Of a stretch of DNA of 64,000 nt, positions 40,417 through 53,539 are shown piece after piece. The notes under the pieces are model-generated. The model did not search any database. It worked only from the letters and a program-made list of their open reading frames with translations, and was not told the DNA's origin. Each line of letters opens with the position of its first letter. Position 1 is the stretch's first letter. The position numbers and the translations under genes were made by a program. The DNA is from Octopus vulgaris (Eukaryota), in the NCBI GenBank assembly GCA_951406725.2, contig OX597817.1, positions 29,822,001-29,886,000 of the forward strand, written 5' to 3'.

Positions 40417-40778
40417 ACGTAAAAGCACCATCTGTTCGTGGCCGTTTGCCAGCCTTGCCTGGCCCCCGTGCTGGTGGCACGTAAAAGCACCATCTTCGTG
40501 TCCATTGCCAGCCTCGCCTGGCCCCTGCTGGTGGCACGTAAAAGCACCATCTGTTTGTGACCGTTTGCCAGCTCCGTCTGGCACCTGTGCAGGTGGCACA
40601 TAAAAAGCACCCACTACACTCACGGAGTGGTTGGCGTTAGGAAGGGCATCCAGCCGTAGAAACCCTGCCAGATCTGACTGGGCCTGATGCAGCCTTCTGG
40701 CTTCACAGACCCCAGTTGAACCATCCAACCCATGCTAGCATGGAAAACGGACGCTAAATGATGATGATGATGATGATG
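40417..40778 (+). mobile_element. Family C copy with internal ~57-62-bp tandem units
   Basis: Repeated cgtaaaagcaccatc...gccagcc..gcctggcc units, followed by the C core and a (gat)n tail. Confidence 0.9.
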
Positions 40779-40993
40779 TTGTTGACTGTCACTTTACCTT
40801 TGTTCATCAGTATTTCCTCCCTATGCACCTCTGACCTCCATCTCTGTCCCTGTATGTCTCTTTCTCCCTTGCATCTTCTTTATCCATCTGTCCCACACAA
40901 CATCTCTCTGTTTCTCTGTTTCTCATCTATGGTTTTAGTTCATTGCTGCTCTTTATTTTCACTATGATGCTGCTTACTACACAATCCTTCTTG

Positions 40994-41093
40994 TACCAGT
41001 TACGCACTGGGGTCGATATAATCGACTTAATCCATTTGTCTGTCCTTGTTTGTCCCCTCTATGTGTAGCCCCATGTAGGTAGTAAAAGAAATA
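40994..41093 (+). mobile_element. SINE A 3' half
   Basis: gtaccagttacgcactggggtcga...agtaaaagaaata. Confidence 0.88.
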
Positions 41094-41879
41094 AGAAACC
41101 ATGTTAAAGTAGACATTGGAGGTTGATACAATCCTCCAGTTTATTGGATTCTAGTGAACTGCTAGGATGGAAGACAGACATTCAATGATGATAATGAATA
41201 TGAGGATAACAACATCAATGATGACAATGATGATGACAACGACGACAATGACAACGACGATGATGACAACGAGGATGAAGATGATTACGATGATGATTAT
41301 GATGTTGATCATGATGATATAGTGTACATGTAAATATGTACATGTGGTTCACAGATACTTTCATACACCTACAAACTTCAATAAAGATATAAGGCAAGAA
41401 ATCTAACTGAATAAATTAAATTACATATATATACATATATATAAATAACACATCATAGGTAATTAAACATTCAATTTCAATGCAGTTATTGTTTCCAAAT
41501 AAATTCACTACATATGAAGGAAAATAAAGAAAAACTAAAACGTCTTCTACCAGTTTATTTGTGCAATCTGCCTCCGTTTAAGAAATAATCTTTTAAAACA
41601 CAATTTCTACATCATCATATTTTTTATTCCAATTTCTCTTTCCAACATCACATTTTCTAGTTGAGTTGCAAATATGTATTTCAAGAATTGCCTTCAACAA
41701 TACTCTTTAATTTAGCTGTTGTCACCCTTTTTACATACACTAAGAAGCTTTTATTTTTCAGAAATATCTCGTAGCATTTGTTCTGTTAACCACTCAGTTT
41801 GTCGCATACAAGAGATTTAACTGCCAAACACATACTGGATGCAGTTTGTTTTATCTTCTAAATATTCTTTTGCATTTGG

Positions 41880-41914
41880 CATCCATCCATCCATCCATCC
41901 ATCCATCCATCCAT

Positions 41915-41957
<43 letters not shown>

Positions 41958-42417
41958 TACATACATACATACATACACACATACATACAAACATACATAC
42001 ATACATACATACATACATACATACATACATACACACATACATACATACATACACACATACATACATACATACATACATACACACATACATACATACATAC
42101 ACACATACATACATACATACATACATACACACTTACATACATACACACATACATACACACATACATATATTCATACATACACACATACATACATACATAC
42201 ATACACACATACATACATACACACATACATACATACACACATACATACATACACACATACATACATACATACATACATACATACATACATACATACATAC
42301 ACACTTACATACATACATACTCAAACTCACAAATACAAACATATCTATCTATTTATTTATCTATCTATCTATTTACCTATCTATCTACCTATCTCTCTGT
42401 CTATTTATCAATCTATT

Positions 42418-42448
<31 letters not shown>

Positions 42449-42560
42449 CTATCTATTTCTCTCTCTCTCTCTCTCTCTTTCCTTATCTACCTATCTATCT
42501 ATCAGTCTATCTATCTACCTATCTAACTATTTATCTATCAGTCTATATCTCTGTCTCTTT
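41880..42560. repeat. Compound microsatellite (ATCC)n(AC)n(ATAC)n(ATCT)n(CT)n
   Basis: Seen directly; accounts for the 323-aa ORF. Confidence 0.97.
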
Positions 42561-42654
42561 CTGTCTATCTGTGTATGTGTATGTGCACGTGTGTATATGT
42601 ATATACCCACCGATACACAGACATATGTGCATAAATATACAAATCATTATCACC

Positions 42655-42822
42655 CATCATCAACATTTAACGTCTGTCTTCTATGCTGACATGGGTCGAA
42701 ATAGCTTGGCAGGAACTCACAAGGCCAGGAGCCACACCAGACGTCATAGCCTGTTTTGGCCTGGTTTCTATGGCTGGATGCCCTTCCTGAGACCAACCTC
42801 TACACAGTGAGTACTGGGTGCT
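42655..42822 (-). mobile_element. Family C copy (diverged)
   Basis: catttaacgtc...tttctatggctggatgcccttcct. Confidence 0.75.
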
Positions 42823-43010
42823 TAACAAATGCAAGGCTACATGGTAAGGTGTTTCTTTCCCAACCGTAGATGTCTACAAGTCCTAAGAAAAACCATAACT
42901 TAAATGAAAGGGCTTTACCAATTTGCCAGTGTCTGGCTTTAATTCTGCTAAAGTAAAAAAGAATATTTTAATTAATTTCCAAGAATGCATGCATATATAA
43001 ACTCATAATC

Positions 43011-43427
43011 TTTACTCTTTCTCTTTTACTTGTTTCAGTCATTTGACTGCAGCCATGCTGGAGCACCGCCTTTAATCGAGCAACTCGACCCCGGGACTTA
43101 TTCTTTTGTAAGCCCAGTACTTATTCTATCGGTCTCTTTTGCTGAACCGCTAAGTAACGGGGACATAAATGCACCAGCATCGGTTGTCAAGCAATGCTAG
43201 GGGGACAAACACAGACACACAAACACACACACGCATATATATATATATATATATACATATATACGACGGGCTTCTTTCAGTTTCCGTCTACCAAATCCAC
43301 TCACAAGGCTTTGGTTGGCCCGAGGCTATAGTAGAAGACACTTGCCCAAGGTGCCACACAGTGGGACTGAACCCGGAACCTTGTGGTTGGTAAACAAGCT
43401 ACTTACCACACAGCCACTCCTGCGCCC
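43011..43427 (-). mobile_element. SINE family B, full length
   Basis: Near-consensus from the tail to ccactcctgcgcc. Confidence 0.93.
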
Positions 43428-43589
43428 TACATTCATAGATATATACATAGATACATACAAGTTTGCTTTTCAATATTTGTATGTAGTTGATGAATTTATT
43501 ACAAACGTTTGGTTTTATAGATGGAAGCCTTTCATTGGCTAACTCTTACTTGTTTCTTAAGTTAGGGATCACTTTTCCATTCATCTTTG

Positions 43590-43755
43590 AAGGCAAGAAA
43601 TAACCCAGAAACCATAGTTCACAGATATTGTTTTGTGCTGAGTGGGGGTGCTATTTCCCCTGTTTAAAAATATAAAGACACAGATGTGTGTCATATAGCC
43701 AACTGGAGATGATGTTTCCTGGGGTTTAAACAACAGTAACATTCATCCCAGCCAG
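43590..43755 (+). mobile_element. Family G fragment (3' half of the hammerhead only)
   Basis: taacccagaaacc..., gacacagatgtgtgtcatatagccaactggag..tttcctgggg.ttaaacaacagtaaca. Confidence 0.7.
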
Positions 43756-43799
43756 AACTGCCACATGTTGGCGAATAATCTTTACAGTAATGTCATAGT

Positions 43800-44250
43800 T
43801 TTGATTTTACTTGTAATCTATCTTTTGGCTGTTATTTATAGTTTGAATCTAATTTTGTAAGTGTTTGTTCGCTTTCCAAATAAGGTGAAAATTAGTTCAT
43901 CTCTGTTTCCTTCATTTTCTTCACTATTTTGTTGGGGAGAGATTTCGTTATCATTTAGAAGAAATTGTTCCTTCTCACCTATTTCCATTGTTTTATGTTG
44001 AGTCCTCTGGTTATCATTTTTCTCTGATCACTTACTTTCATATTTTCCCTAATTAGTTGGGAATTTCCATCAGCAATTATCATTTCTCTCTCACTGCATG
44101 AACAAGCTGTGCCGCTAAAGGTTGGTATTAATAGGAGATGAAGTGTTTTCTCATCAATTTCTGACGCTGAATCCAATGAAATTTCCTTTGCTATCCTCAA
44201 AATTTTGACTGTGTGAAAATGAGTTTTTTGTCCTTTCTTGCTCTTCCATT
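43800..44250 (-). mobile_element. Possible LINE endonuclease remnant
   Basis: DEK..CSEREMIIADGNSQ weakly resembles the APE IIxGDFNA motif region. Confidence 0.35.
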
Positions 44251-44562
44251 AAGTCTTCAAAACTCTGAGTGATTCGACTAAATTTCCTAGGTGTGACTTC
44301 ATTACTTAACTCCTCCTGTTAGTTAAATGAATGAGTGCATTTGGAGATGACTGCCCAAGATACAAATTGCATGAAAATGCCGAATAGTTTAGAAAAATTA
44401 ACATGTATGATATACTGAACATTAAGACATGTCAATTAATTAATATTACATTCATAGTAGGGACAAAAATTACCACATTTAGTAACTTTATACGAAAAAC
44501 GGTAAGGGAGACAACCCTAGAATTTAAATGAATTATTTATTAAAATGGTATATAGTAAGGGA

Positions 44563-44794
44563 AGGCGGTGAACTGGCAGAATCGTTAGCACGCCAGGCAA
44601 AATGCATAGCTGTGGTTCGTTTGCCGTTACGTTCTGAGTTCAAATTCCGCCGAGGTCGAATTTGCCTTTCATCCTTTTGGGGTCGATAAATTAAGTACCA
44701 GTTATGCACTGGGGTCAATGTAATCGACTTAATCCGTTTGTCTGTCCTTGTTTGTCCTCTCTGTGTTTAGCCCCTTGTGGGTTGTAAAGAAATA
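44563..44794 (+). mobile_element. SINE family A
   Basis: Consensus monomer; TSD ggtatatRgtRaggga at 44547-44562 and 44795-44810 (14/16). Confidence 0.93.
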
Positions 44795-45229
44795 GGTATA
44801 TGGTGAGGGAGTGTGATTCTTTCATTTGGTAGTATGCTAATTATTCCAGACTTCTGGAATTTATTTGTAAAACATTCGAATTGGTATTGCCAACTTTAAG
44901 ATAGAGTGAGAAAAGAAAATAACAATTTAGGGAAAAACATTGACACAATAATTTTTAAAAAAAGAGGATTTCCTATATGATCAATTATTGATTGCTATAA
45001 CAACTTGTAATCTTTTTCTTGTTAGTACCGTCGACGTTAGGATTTTCTGCTTTTTTTACATAGTAAGTAAAAATATCAACACTAGTTTCCGGTAATTCTA
45101 GCGTTTCTCTTTAAATCTCATCAGAGTTTGTATGACATTCATCTCCCAGGCTTTCATCAAATAAGTAAATAATTTACTATGATCAAATGATAAAGCTACT
45201 TTTTTTCTGATAAAAAAAGCTTGCTTTGT

Positions 45230-45935
<706 letters not shown>

Positions 45936-46192
45936 ATGGATGTCTGAGATGCTGCAATTAAATATGCTGTAAAATCTTGACAAATCAGCATTAGCTTTAA
46001 TACAGCCTTTGGAAGGTCATGAACAACCTATATCTTTTCTAGACATTCTCAGACATCAATTCTTGACTTGGTTTATTTCGTTCACCATTTTCCTCTTTGT
46101 GTGTGTAGATGTGTGTGTCTGTGTGTGTGAGTGTGTGTGTGTGTGTGTTGGAAGAATATGTGGATTTGCTTTTTTATCCAGTTTCAAATTTA

Positions 46193-46550
46193 AGTTATTT
46201 GACTATGGCCATGCTGGAGCACCACCTTTAGTCGAACAAGTAAACTCCATGACTTATTCTTTGTCAGCCTAGTACTTATTCTATCAGTCTCTTTTGCCAA
46301 ACTGCCAAGTTACAGGGATGTAAACACACTAACATCAGTTGTCAAGCAATGATGGCGGGGACAAACAGAGACACACAAAGATATATACATATATATATGA
46401 TGGGCTTCTTTCAGTTTCCATCTACCATATCCATTCACAAGGTTTTAGTCAGCCTGAGGCTATAGAAGAAGACACTTGCCCAAGGTGCCATGCAGTGGGA
46501 CTGAAACCGGAACCATGTGGGTGGGAAGCAAGCTTCTTACCACAAAGCCA
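46193..46550 (-). mobile_element. SINE family B
   Basis: Matches the B consensus. Confidence 0.88.
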
Positions 46551-47324
46551 GGCCTCTTCACTATTTCAAAACACATCCCTCATTTCTTTAATTTTTCTCA
46601 AAACCACAATATCTCTAATGATGAGAATTATCGTGTTTCTTCACTTAGGGAATGATGAAGAAGAAAAGAAACAGCATTGGAAGAAATGTCTTTGAGTATT
46701 TAGTTTTGTCACCTACCATATTCTAAGAGGAAAACATTTTGGGATTGACTTTGACTTACAGATTCAGTTGGGGAAATGAGAGCTGGTCATTGCTAAGTTT
46801 TTCCTTGTTACATCGTAATTGACTGATAAGAAAACCATCATCGCCATCATCAGCATTGTCATCGTAATTGTTTTAACATTCACTTTTCCAAGCTTGCATG
46901 GGTTAGGTGGAAAGTGCTGAGGCAGATTTTCTCTGGTTAGATACTCTTTATATTAGCAACCCTCATTGATTCCTAAGCAAACTAATAATTCCTCATGGCT
47001 GGACATGAATTCATGTAAGACTGGAAACAAACGACACTGCATACATGACTGTGATTCTCACTTACAACTATAATACATACATACATGCATACATACAAAT
47101 ATACATACATACATACATACATACATACATACATACATACATACATACATACATACATACATGCATGCATGCATGCATGCATGCATACATACATACATAC
47201 ATACATACATACGTACATAAATACATACATACAAACATAACTTAGAATAACTTAGAAAGGTTTTGGCCAGTATTGGCCCAGGCCATGTCTAACTTAATAG
47301 CACCACCTGGTGAAGTCTTTCAGT

Positions 47325-50245
47325 TCAGGATTTGGGCACCAAGGCCCATTCGAGCAGAGAGTTATTGTTTGCGGAGACATATCCGGGTGTGGGTGGTTTG
47401 TCCAGTACTGTTTGAAGGAATTTGTCCAAAGACTTCTTGAATTTTGTGTGGTCAGTTTCTTTTTTGACGTGCCCTGGTGTAATGTTGAAGAGAGCAGGTC
47501 CAATTGAGGTGAAATAGTTGTGCCGTATTGTCGTTATGTGATGCGATTTAGATTTTTGTTGTGGACGGATGGCATGTGGTCCAAGCCTTGGATGCATTTT
47601 GAAGGTGATGCCAACATCATTCGGACAGTGCTGGTGGAATATTTTCCACATCATACAGATAATGTAGCATTCACGGCGTCATTGGAGTGAATACAATTTC
47701 AGCTTCTCTAGTCTACCCCAGTAGTCAAGGTCTGACATGCCATCTATCTTTTTTGTGATTGACCTTTGGGGAGCTTCAATTCTCATAATATTTTGTTTTG
47801 TGTAGGGAGACCACAGTGGACAGCAGTATTCAAGGTGGGGTCGGGCAAAAGTGGAGAAGAGAAGGATAATAGCGTGGGAATCTCTCGACTGGGAGGTTCT
47901 GAGAATCCAGGAACACATTCTGCAGGCCATGTCAACTTTGCTGCTTATATGTGTAGCCCAGCTTATGTTGTTGTCCACTGTTACTCCCAGGTCTCTGATG
48001 TTGTTGGATGCCATGAGAATTTCTCCAGAAGGAAGAGAGTATGGGAGTTTCAGAGCGTCCTCCCTTCCAAAGTGGATCAGTTCAAATTTGTCTTCATTTA
48101 GCAACATGTTATTCTTTTCCGCCCATTGGACAACAGCCAGTAGGTCTGACTGAAGGTTTATTCGGTCATCCACGCCATTGATGACCTTCTGGAGCTTGGA
48201 GTCATCAGCGAAGGTTCTGATGTTACTGTGTTTGATGGTATCAGTAATATCATTTATGTAGATGATGAAGAGAAGTGGGCCCAACACAGTGCCTTGTGGG
48301 ACACCACTGCTGACTTTGGCTGGGCTGGATTTGACTCCTTCGACTACAACATGTTGGGTTCTGTTAGACAGGAAGCACTTGATCCACTGCAGCAACTTTC
48401 CAGTGATACCAATATTGGACAGCTTTCTCAGAAGGATCTTATGATCAACCCTGTCAAAGGCCTTGCTGAAATCAAGGTAGATGACATCAGTGTTGGAACC
48501 TTCTCCCAAGGCTCTCAAAATGTCATCAAAATGATGTAGTAGCTGCGTCAGGCAATCTCTCCCATTACGGAATCCATGCTGGTTGGGGTTCAGCATATTA
48601 TGCCTCTCAAGGAAGTGAGTCATACGCGATCTCAGCACCCTCTCAAATAACTTGATGATATGAGAGGTGAGTGAGATTGGACGGTAATTCACGGCAAGCG
48701 ATTTGTTTCCTTTTTTGAAAACTGGGACAACAGACTGGGATAGAAGGTCCTCTGGTATATATCCAGCATCCAGTGAGTTCCGCCACAGATTGGCTAGAGG
48801 GGGTGCAAGTTGGTTTTGACACATCTTCAAGACACAAGCAGGGAACCTATCGGGACCTACTGCTGAATTATGCTTCATTTCCTTTATTGCTGCTAAGACA
48901 TCAGGAGTGCCAAATGTTATGTCCGATAAAGTGTATTGGGGAGTAACATCACTGATACAGCCCAGATCAGTCATATCAGGATTGCTGAAAACAGAGCAAT
49001 ATTGTTTCTGCAATATCTCTCCCATGGTTTTGGCATTGTCTTGAAGAGTACCATTTTCATCAATCAGAGGGCCAACAGTAGAACCAGTGACACTGTGTTT
49101 TTTTGCAAATGAAAAGAACACTTTGGGATTGAGTTTGATCTTCTCAATGGCCCAGGCCTCTTCAGCTCTTTGCTGACTATTGATGATAGACATCATGTTG
49201 TTTTGGAGTTTATGTTTTTTAATCTCTAGCGACGAGATGGCAGTCAGGTTGGTGTGTTGCTGTTGACAGTATTTCAGCATGTTGATCTTTTTGTTGATTC
49301 TTTTAATTTTCCTTATGAGAGATTTTCTATTTCTAGGGATTCGACACTTAGATTTGTTTGCAGATCTTAATGGAGTGTGTCTTGCACATATGTTCGTGAT
49401 GGTGTCTACAAGTGACTGCCAGGACTTTTTAATGTTAGTGGGTGTGTATGTGTGCGTGAAGGACCAATCGACTTGTGCAAGATCATTATTGATCGCTTCC
49501 CAGTTTGCATTGTGGAAATCCATAGTGTCAAATGGATGAACAGGAGGGATGACATTTGTTTTGCATTTTGGCCAGTGAAATCTCAGATCACAGAGAACCA
49601 TGTCATGGTCGGAGAGTAGGGTTTTCTCCACTGCAATATCAGTGTGATTGCTGAAAATTAAGTCTAAGACGTTTTTGTGACATCTCGTTGGTTCGAGTAC
49701 CAGTTGGGACAAGAAGAAGTCATCCATGAAGTCAAGAAGCGATTCCACTGCCTCCCTGTCAGGGGTTGAGAGAGAAGAACCTGGCGGCAGACTGTTTGTA
49801 GACCAGTCAACCCCGGGAAGGTTGAAGTCTCCCATCATTAAAATGTTGTCAGGTTGACACTGCTGAATGAAACACTTTATGCTGTTGAGGCATTCCTTGA
49901 AGCATGGTAGGGGCGTTTGGGGTGGTCTGTAGAGCCCAACTACTGTTAAGTTGTTGGTTTGACTGAATACAGCGACTACTTCGCAGTATCCATTCGAAAA
50001 TATGTTCATGGCTTCTGTTGAGAATGAATCATGGACATAAATGGCAGTCCCACCCTTTCTTCTGCCAGCACGATCAGCACGAATGGTTTTGAAATTTTTA
50101 ACTTTCACCTCGGCTTCCAAGTGTTTCAGTGAGGACGAAGAAAGGGATGTGGTTTGGATGGGCCTCGACCCAGTCCTCCAGGAATCTTATCTTCCATTTT
50201 TGTGTATTGGTGGAAGGGCTGATGCCTTGGGCATTAAGCAGAAAA
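47325..50245 (-). pseudogene. LINE ORF2: apurinic-type endonuclease plus reverse transcriptase, disrupted
   Basis: EN motifs LLNAQG..LTET (frameshift at ~50121), GLYRPP, MGDFN, LDLIF, SDH; RT motifs NYRPISLTS, QHGFR, YLDFSKAFD, SGVPQGTVLGP, FADD. In-frame TGA at 47679-47681 (LQ*RRE), with the frame continuing to 47325. Confidence 0.95.
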
Positions 50246-50304
50246 TGTTGAGGCGAGAGTGGATGGTTTTAATTGTTTTGGTGATTTGTTTATTTGATTG
50301 CTTT

Positions 50305-51072
50305 TTAATGGCATGTGCAGTGGGGTATTTGTGGTGGATGGTGGTGGGTGATAGCTCGGATGTTTTTTTCCAGTTCTTTTGCTAGATTCATCATAGCTAA
50401 AATAGAGGAAGAAGAGGTGGTTTCCTGTCTAGGGAACCGCAGGTGACTGTGGCCGCGGCTATTTTTATGTGAGTGGTTATCTTTAAATGTCCGACGAGTC
50501 CCCGGGAGATGGGTAAAGGGGCAATCCCTGTGCAGACACAATCTGTCTCGCTGGGAATAGCGGCAGATTTGGGGATTCCTTGTTTGAGATATTGGTGGTT
50601 GTGGTGGTGTTGTATTATGGTGGTTGCTGTTGTAGTTTGTGGGGATAGAGCGTTTTGTTCCAGGTAAATGGGTGAATTTGCAGTCTCTATCAGTGCACAG
50701 TCTATGGCGAAGAGAATATCGGCAAATGATGGGGTTTCGAGTGGGTGTGTAGGTGCGTGTGTGTGTGTGAGTTGTGAAAGGTGTAGATGATAGTTTGTTG
50801 AAGTTTTGGCGACCTTTGTGACCTGTAGGAGGTAAATTCCTTGAGATAGCATTAGTAGTAGTAGTTGTAGTAGTAGGTAGAAGAGATGTTGACAGTGGTA
50901 ATGATTGAGGAGGTCGATTCCAAGACAAAGATGTTTGTGGATACATAGTTGGAGTTGTACTAGTAGTAGTAAGCAGAGGAGATGGTGTTGACACTGATGA
51001 TGATTGAGCTGCTGGGGCAGTGAAAGGAAGGGGTGGTGCTTCCTGCTGTGTGACCCTGATGACTGGGGGGTC
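50305..51072 (-). CDS. LINE ORF1 C-terminal part with two C-x8-C-x4-C-x3-H zinc fingers (5' end missing)
   Basis: Open frame; CRYSLRHRLCTDRDCKFTH (50668-50724) and CRYSQRDRLCLHRDCPFTH (50509-50565). The N-terminal YVCM repeats of the listed ORF are flanking microsatellite. Confidence 0.8.
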   Translation of the reverse strand, partial: DPPVIRVTQQEAPPLPFTAPAAQSSSVSTPSPLLTTTSTTPTMYPQTSLSWNRPPQSLPLSTSLLPTTTTTTTNAISRNLPPTGHKGRQNFNKLSSTPFTTHTHTRTYTPTRNPIICRYSLRHRLCTDRDCKFTHLPGTKRSIPTNYNSNHHNTTPPQPPISQTRNPQICRYSQRDRLCLHRDCPFTHLPGTRRTFKDNHSHKNSRGHSHLRFPRQETTSSSSILAMMNLAKELEKNIRAITHHHPPQIPHCTCH

Positions 51073-52514
51073 AATACATACATACACATACATGCAAATA
51101 TACACACATACATTCATACATACATACATACATACATACATACAAACATACATACATACATACATACATACATACATACATACATACATACATACATACA
51201 TACATACATACATACATACATACATACATACATACATACATACATACATACATACGTACATGCATAAATACATTCATATACATACATACATGTATTAATT
51301 TTTTTTCCAAGTTCAGTTATAATAAAAACAATTTTACATTAATCAAATGGGTTATAGATATATTATGCAGTTATTAATGCTGTTCTGCTGATGTGATTTG
51401 CTAGCCTGCTTATCTGCTTTGCTTTATGACTATACAATTGTATTGTATAATGCATAGCAAGCAATTTAGTGCAAACATGACATGTAAACATAATTTATTA
51501 TACGCTGAAATTATTATTGCATGAAGAAGGCTGCAAAACAGTAGTAATCCTAAGGATGACAAGTGGTTAAATAAATATATTCACCTTTCATACCTCTTGA
51601 CTATATATATATACAGGGTGCATAAGATATTTGAGGATGGATTTATGTTTATAAAAAAAAACCAGATAAATAATAACAGATAATAACTTTATTTATCAAA
51701 ATATGCTATGAGGATAAAAATAAACCTTCTTTTCTATAAAACCACCTTCAGCATTAACAATGCAAAACATCCGGACAGTTAGGTGAATCAAAAAAAGGAA
51801 AACAAAATATCCAGACAGACGATACAAGGAAAACAAGGACGGATCATTCGGAGTTTTCTATTCTCAGTCAAGTTCCAGATTATCTTTGCAATTTCGGCTG
51901 GTTATAGTTGAGATTACTCCAATCTGGTCAGCTCCAAGGAAAAATAAGCTAAGAGCATTACATTCCTTGGAAGAAAGCAGCGAATGTATACGAAACAAGG
52001 ATAGAAAAAAAAAAAAACAGAAATGTTACACAAATATAATTAACCAGACATAACAACAGGCGTCTTTTGACTAAGGACAAATTAAATTAACAGAAAGTTT
52101 GTGAGTTGAATATGCATTTATTTATTTAATCAAGTGATTTCCATAAAATTAAGAATGTTTAGCAAATTTCTTTATGTAGTATTAATTTCAGAATGCAAGA
52201 AATTACGCATTCATACTACCAGTGGTACATATGGTCATTATTACAGAATGCAACTGTATATTTGCGAATTAATGTAAAAGAAAGCCAGCTCATCAGATCA
52301 TTAGAACACCATGGTTACATCAACAATTCAACTTTAAATACACAAAATTCATTCTTACAATGTGTTTCTTTCATTTTCTGTCAAGCTATTCCTTTCACAA
52401 GGCTTTTGTTGGCCCGAGGTTATAGAATGTTTCTTGTGGTGCTATACAGTGGAATTGAATACAGAATGACATGGTTGGGAGGCAATGTTCCTCATCACAT
52501 CCATACCTAAATAT

Positions 52515-52712
52515 TAGTTTCAAAGTTTGGTACAAGGCCAACAAGTTCGTGGGAATGGGGTAAGTTGACTACATTCACCCCAGGGCTCAACATGTACTTA
52601 TTTTATCGATCCTGTGAGGATGAAAAAGCAAAGTGAACCTCCATGAAATTTGAACTAAGTACATAAGGACAAATGAAATGCTGTTTAGTGTTTTACCCAG
52701 CATGCTCACAGC
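52515..52712 (-). mobile_element. Old SINE A copy
   Basis: tttcaaagtttggtacaaggcc...ttatcgatcc..ggatgaaaa..tttgaact. Confidence 0.75.
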
Positions 52713-52718
52713 CTTATA

Positions 52719-53281
52719 CAGGGTGGCCCCAAAGTAGGTTTGCAGTTGGAAATGCTTTGTGATGTGGTAGTACCACAACTCAGAACCAAAGCTAACTTTC
52801 ATGAACTGTTTTTTCAGTAAGATGGAGCACCCCCATATTATGTGTTGACGGTAAGAGACTACCTTAACCAAGCCTTTCCACAGCATTGGTTTGAAAGATG
52901 GGGCAGCATTGAATGGCCAGCACATTCACCTGACCTGACACCAATAGATTTCTTTCTTTGGGGTGTTGTAAAGAACAAAGTTTATGAGAAGAATCTCAAA
53001 ACAGTAAATGAATTAAAAGATTACATTTCTGATGCATTCACTGAAATTGATGAAGATTGGAATTTGTGCTGCACTGTGTGTCAGGGGGTTCTAAAGAGGT
53101 TTGAAGAATGTTGCAATGTTCAAGGAGAACATTTTGAGCATCTGAGAGATTCAACATTGTCTCTTTAAGATGTGCCTAAAGAATATGATGGTAAGAAAGA
53201 AATTTAAATGTAATAAAATGTTTTAAAAGAAATTTAAAGTGCCTACGTGATAACTGGAAACCTGCTTTGGGGGCCACCCTG
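52719..53281 (+). mobile_element. Internally deleted Tc1/mariner element, DD41D (rosa/Visitor-like)
   Basis: TIRs cagggtggccccaaagtaggtttgcagtt / aactggaaacctgctttgggggccaccctg with TA TSD; FQ*DGAPP..WPAHSPDLTPIDFFLWG, 41 residues between the two Asp. Confidence 0.92.
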
Positions 53282-53539
53282 TATATGCCTATATATTGAT
53301 AATAGGGGTTGTTTTCTGCTTATAAGAAATATATTGAATGTGAGGCAAGTCTCAAGCCTTAATTTAGGAAATACAAGGCTACATCTAATTTCACCAAGAC
53401 ATAGAAATGGAATTAAAATTATAGAAGTCAGAGAGAACTTTTAATTAACATACAGATTCGGTAAATTGATAAAGAGTAATTAAGACTATAGAGATTGTAA
53501 TTGAAATATCCAGTTTGAATCATGGATTGGATTCAACTC

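Larger units (their letters stand above)
47237..51072 (-). mobile_element. Near-complete CR1/L2-group LINE, 5'-truncated within ORF1 and flanked by (ATAC)n
   Basis: ORF1 remnant, APE-RT ORF2, short 3' UTR and a (tctaagttat)2 tail at 47237-47256. Confidence 0.95.

Noticed and set aside
51613-52090. TA-cagggtg Tc1-like end followed by a CpG-richer segment with ctgagaa..ccgaa on the minus strand
   Set aside because: No partner TIR was found and the hammerhead-like core is incomplete. It is probably repeat debris that I cannot classify.
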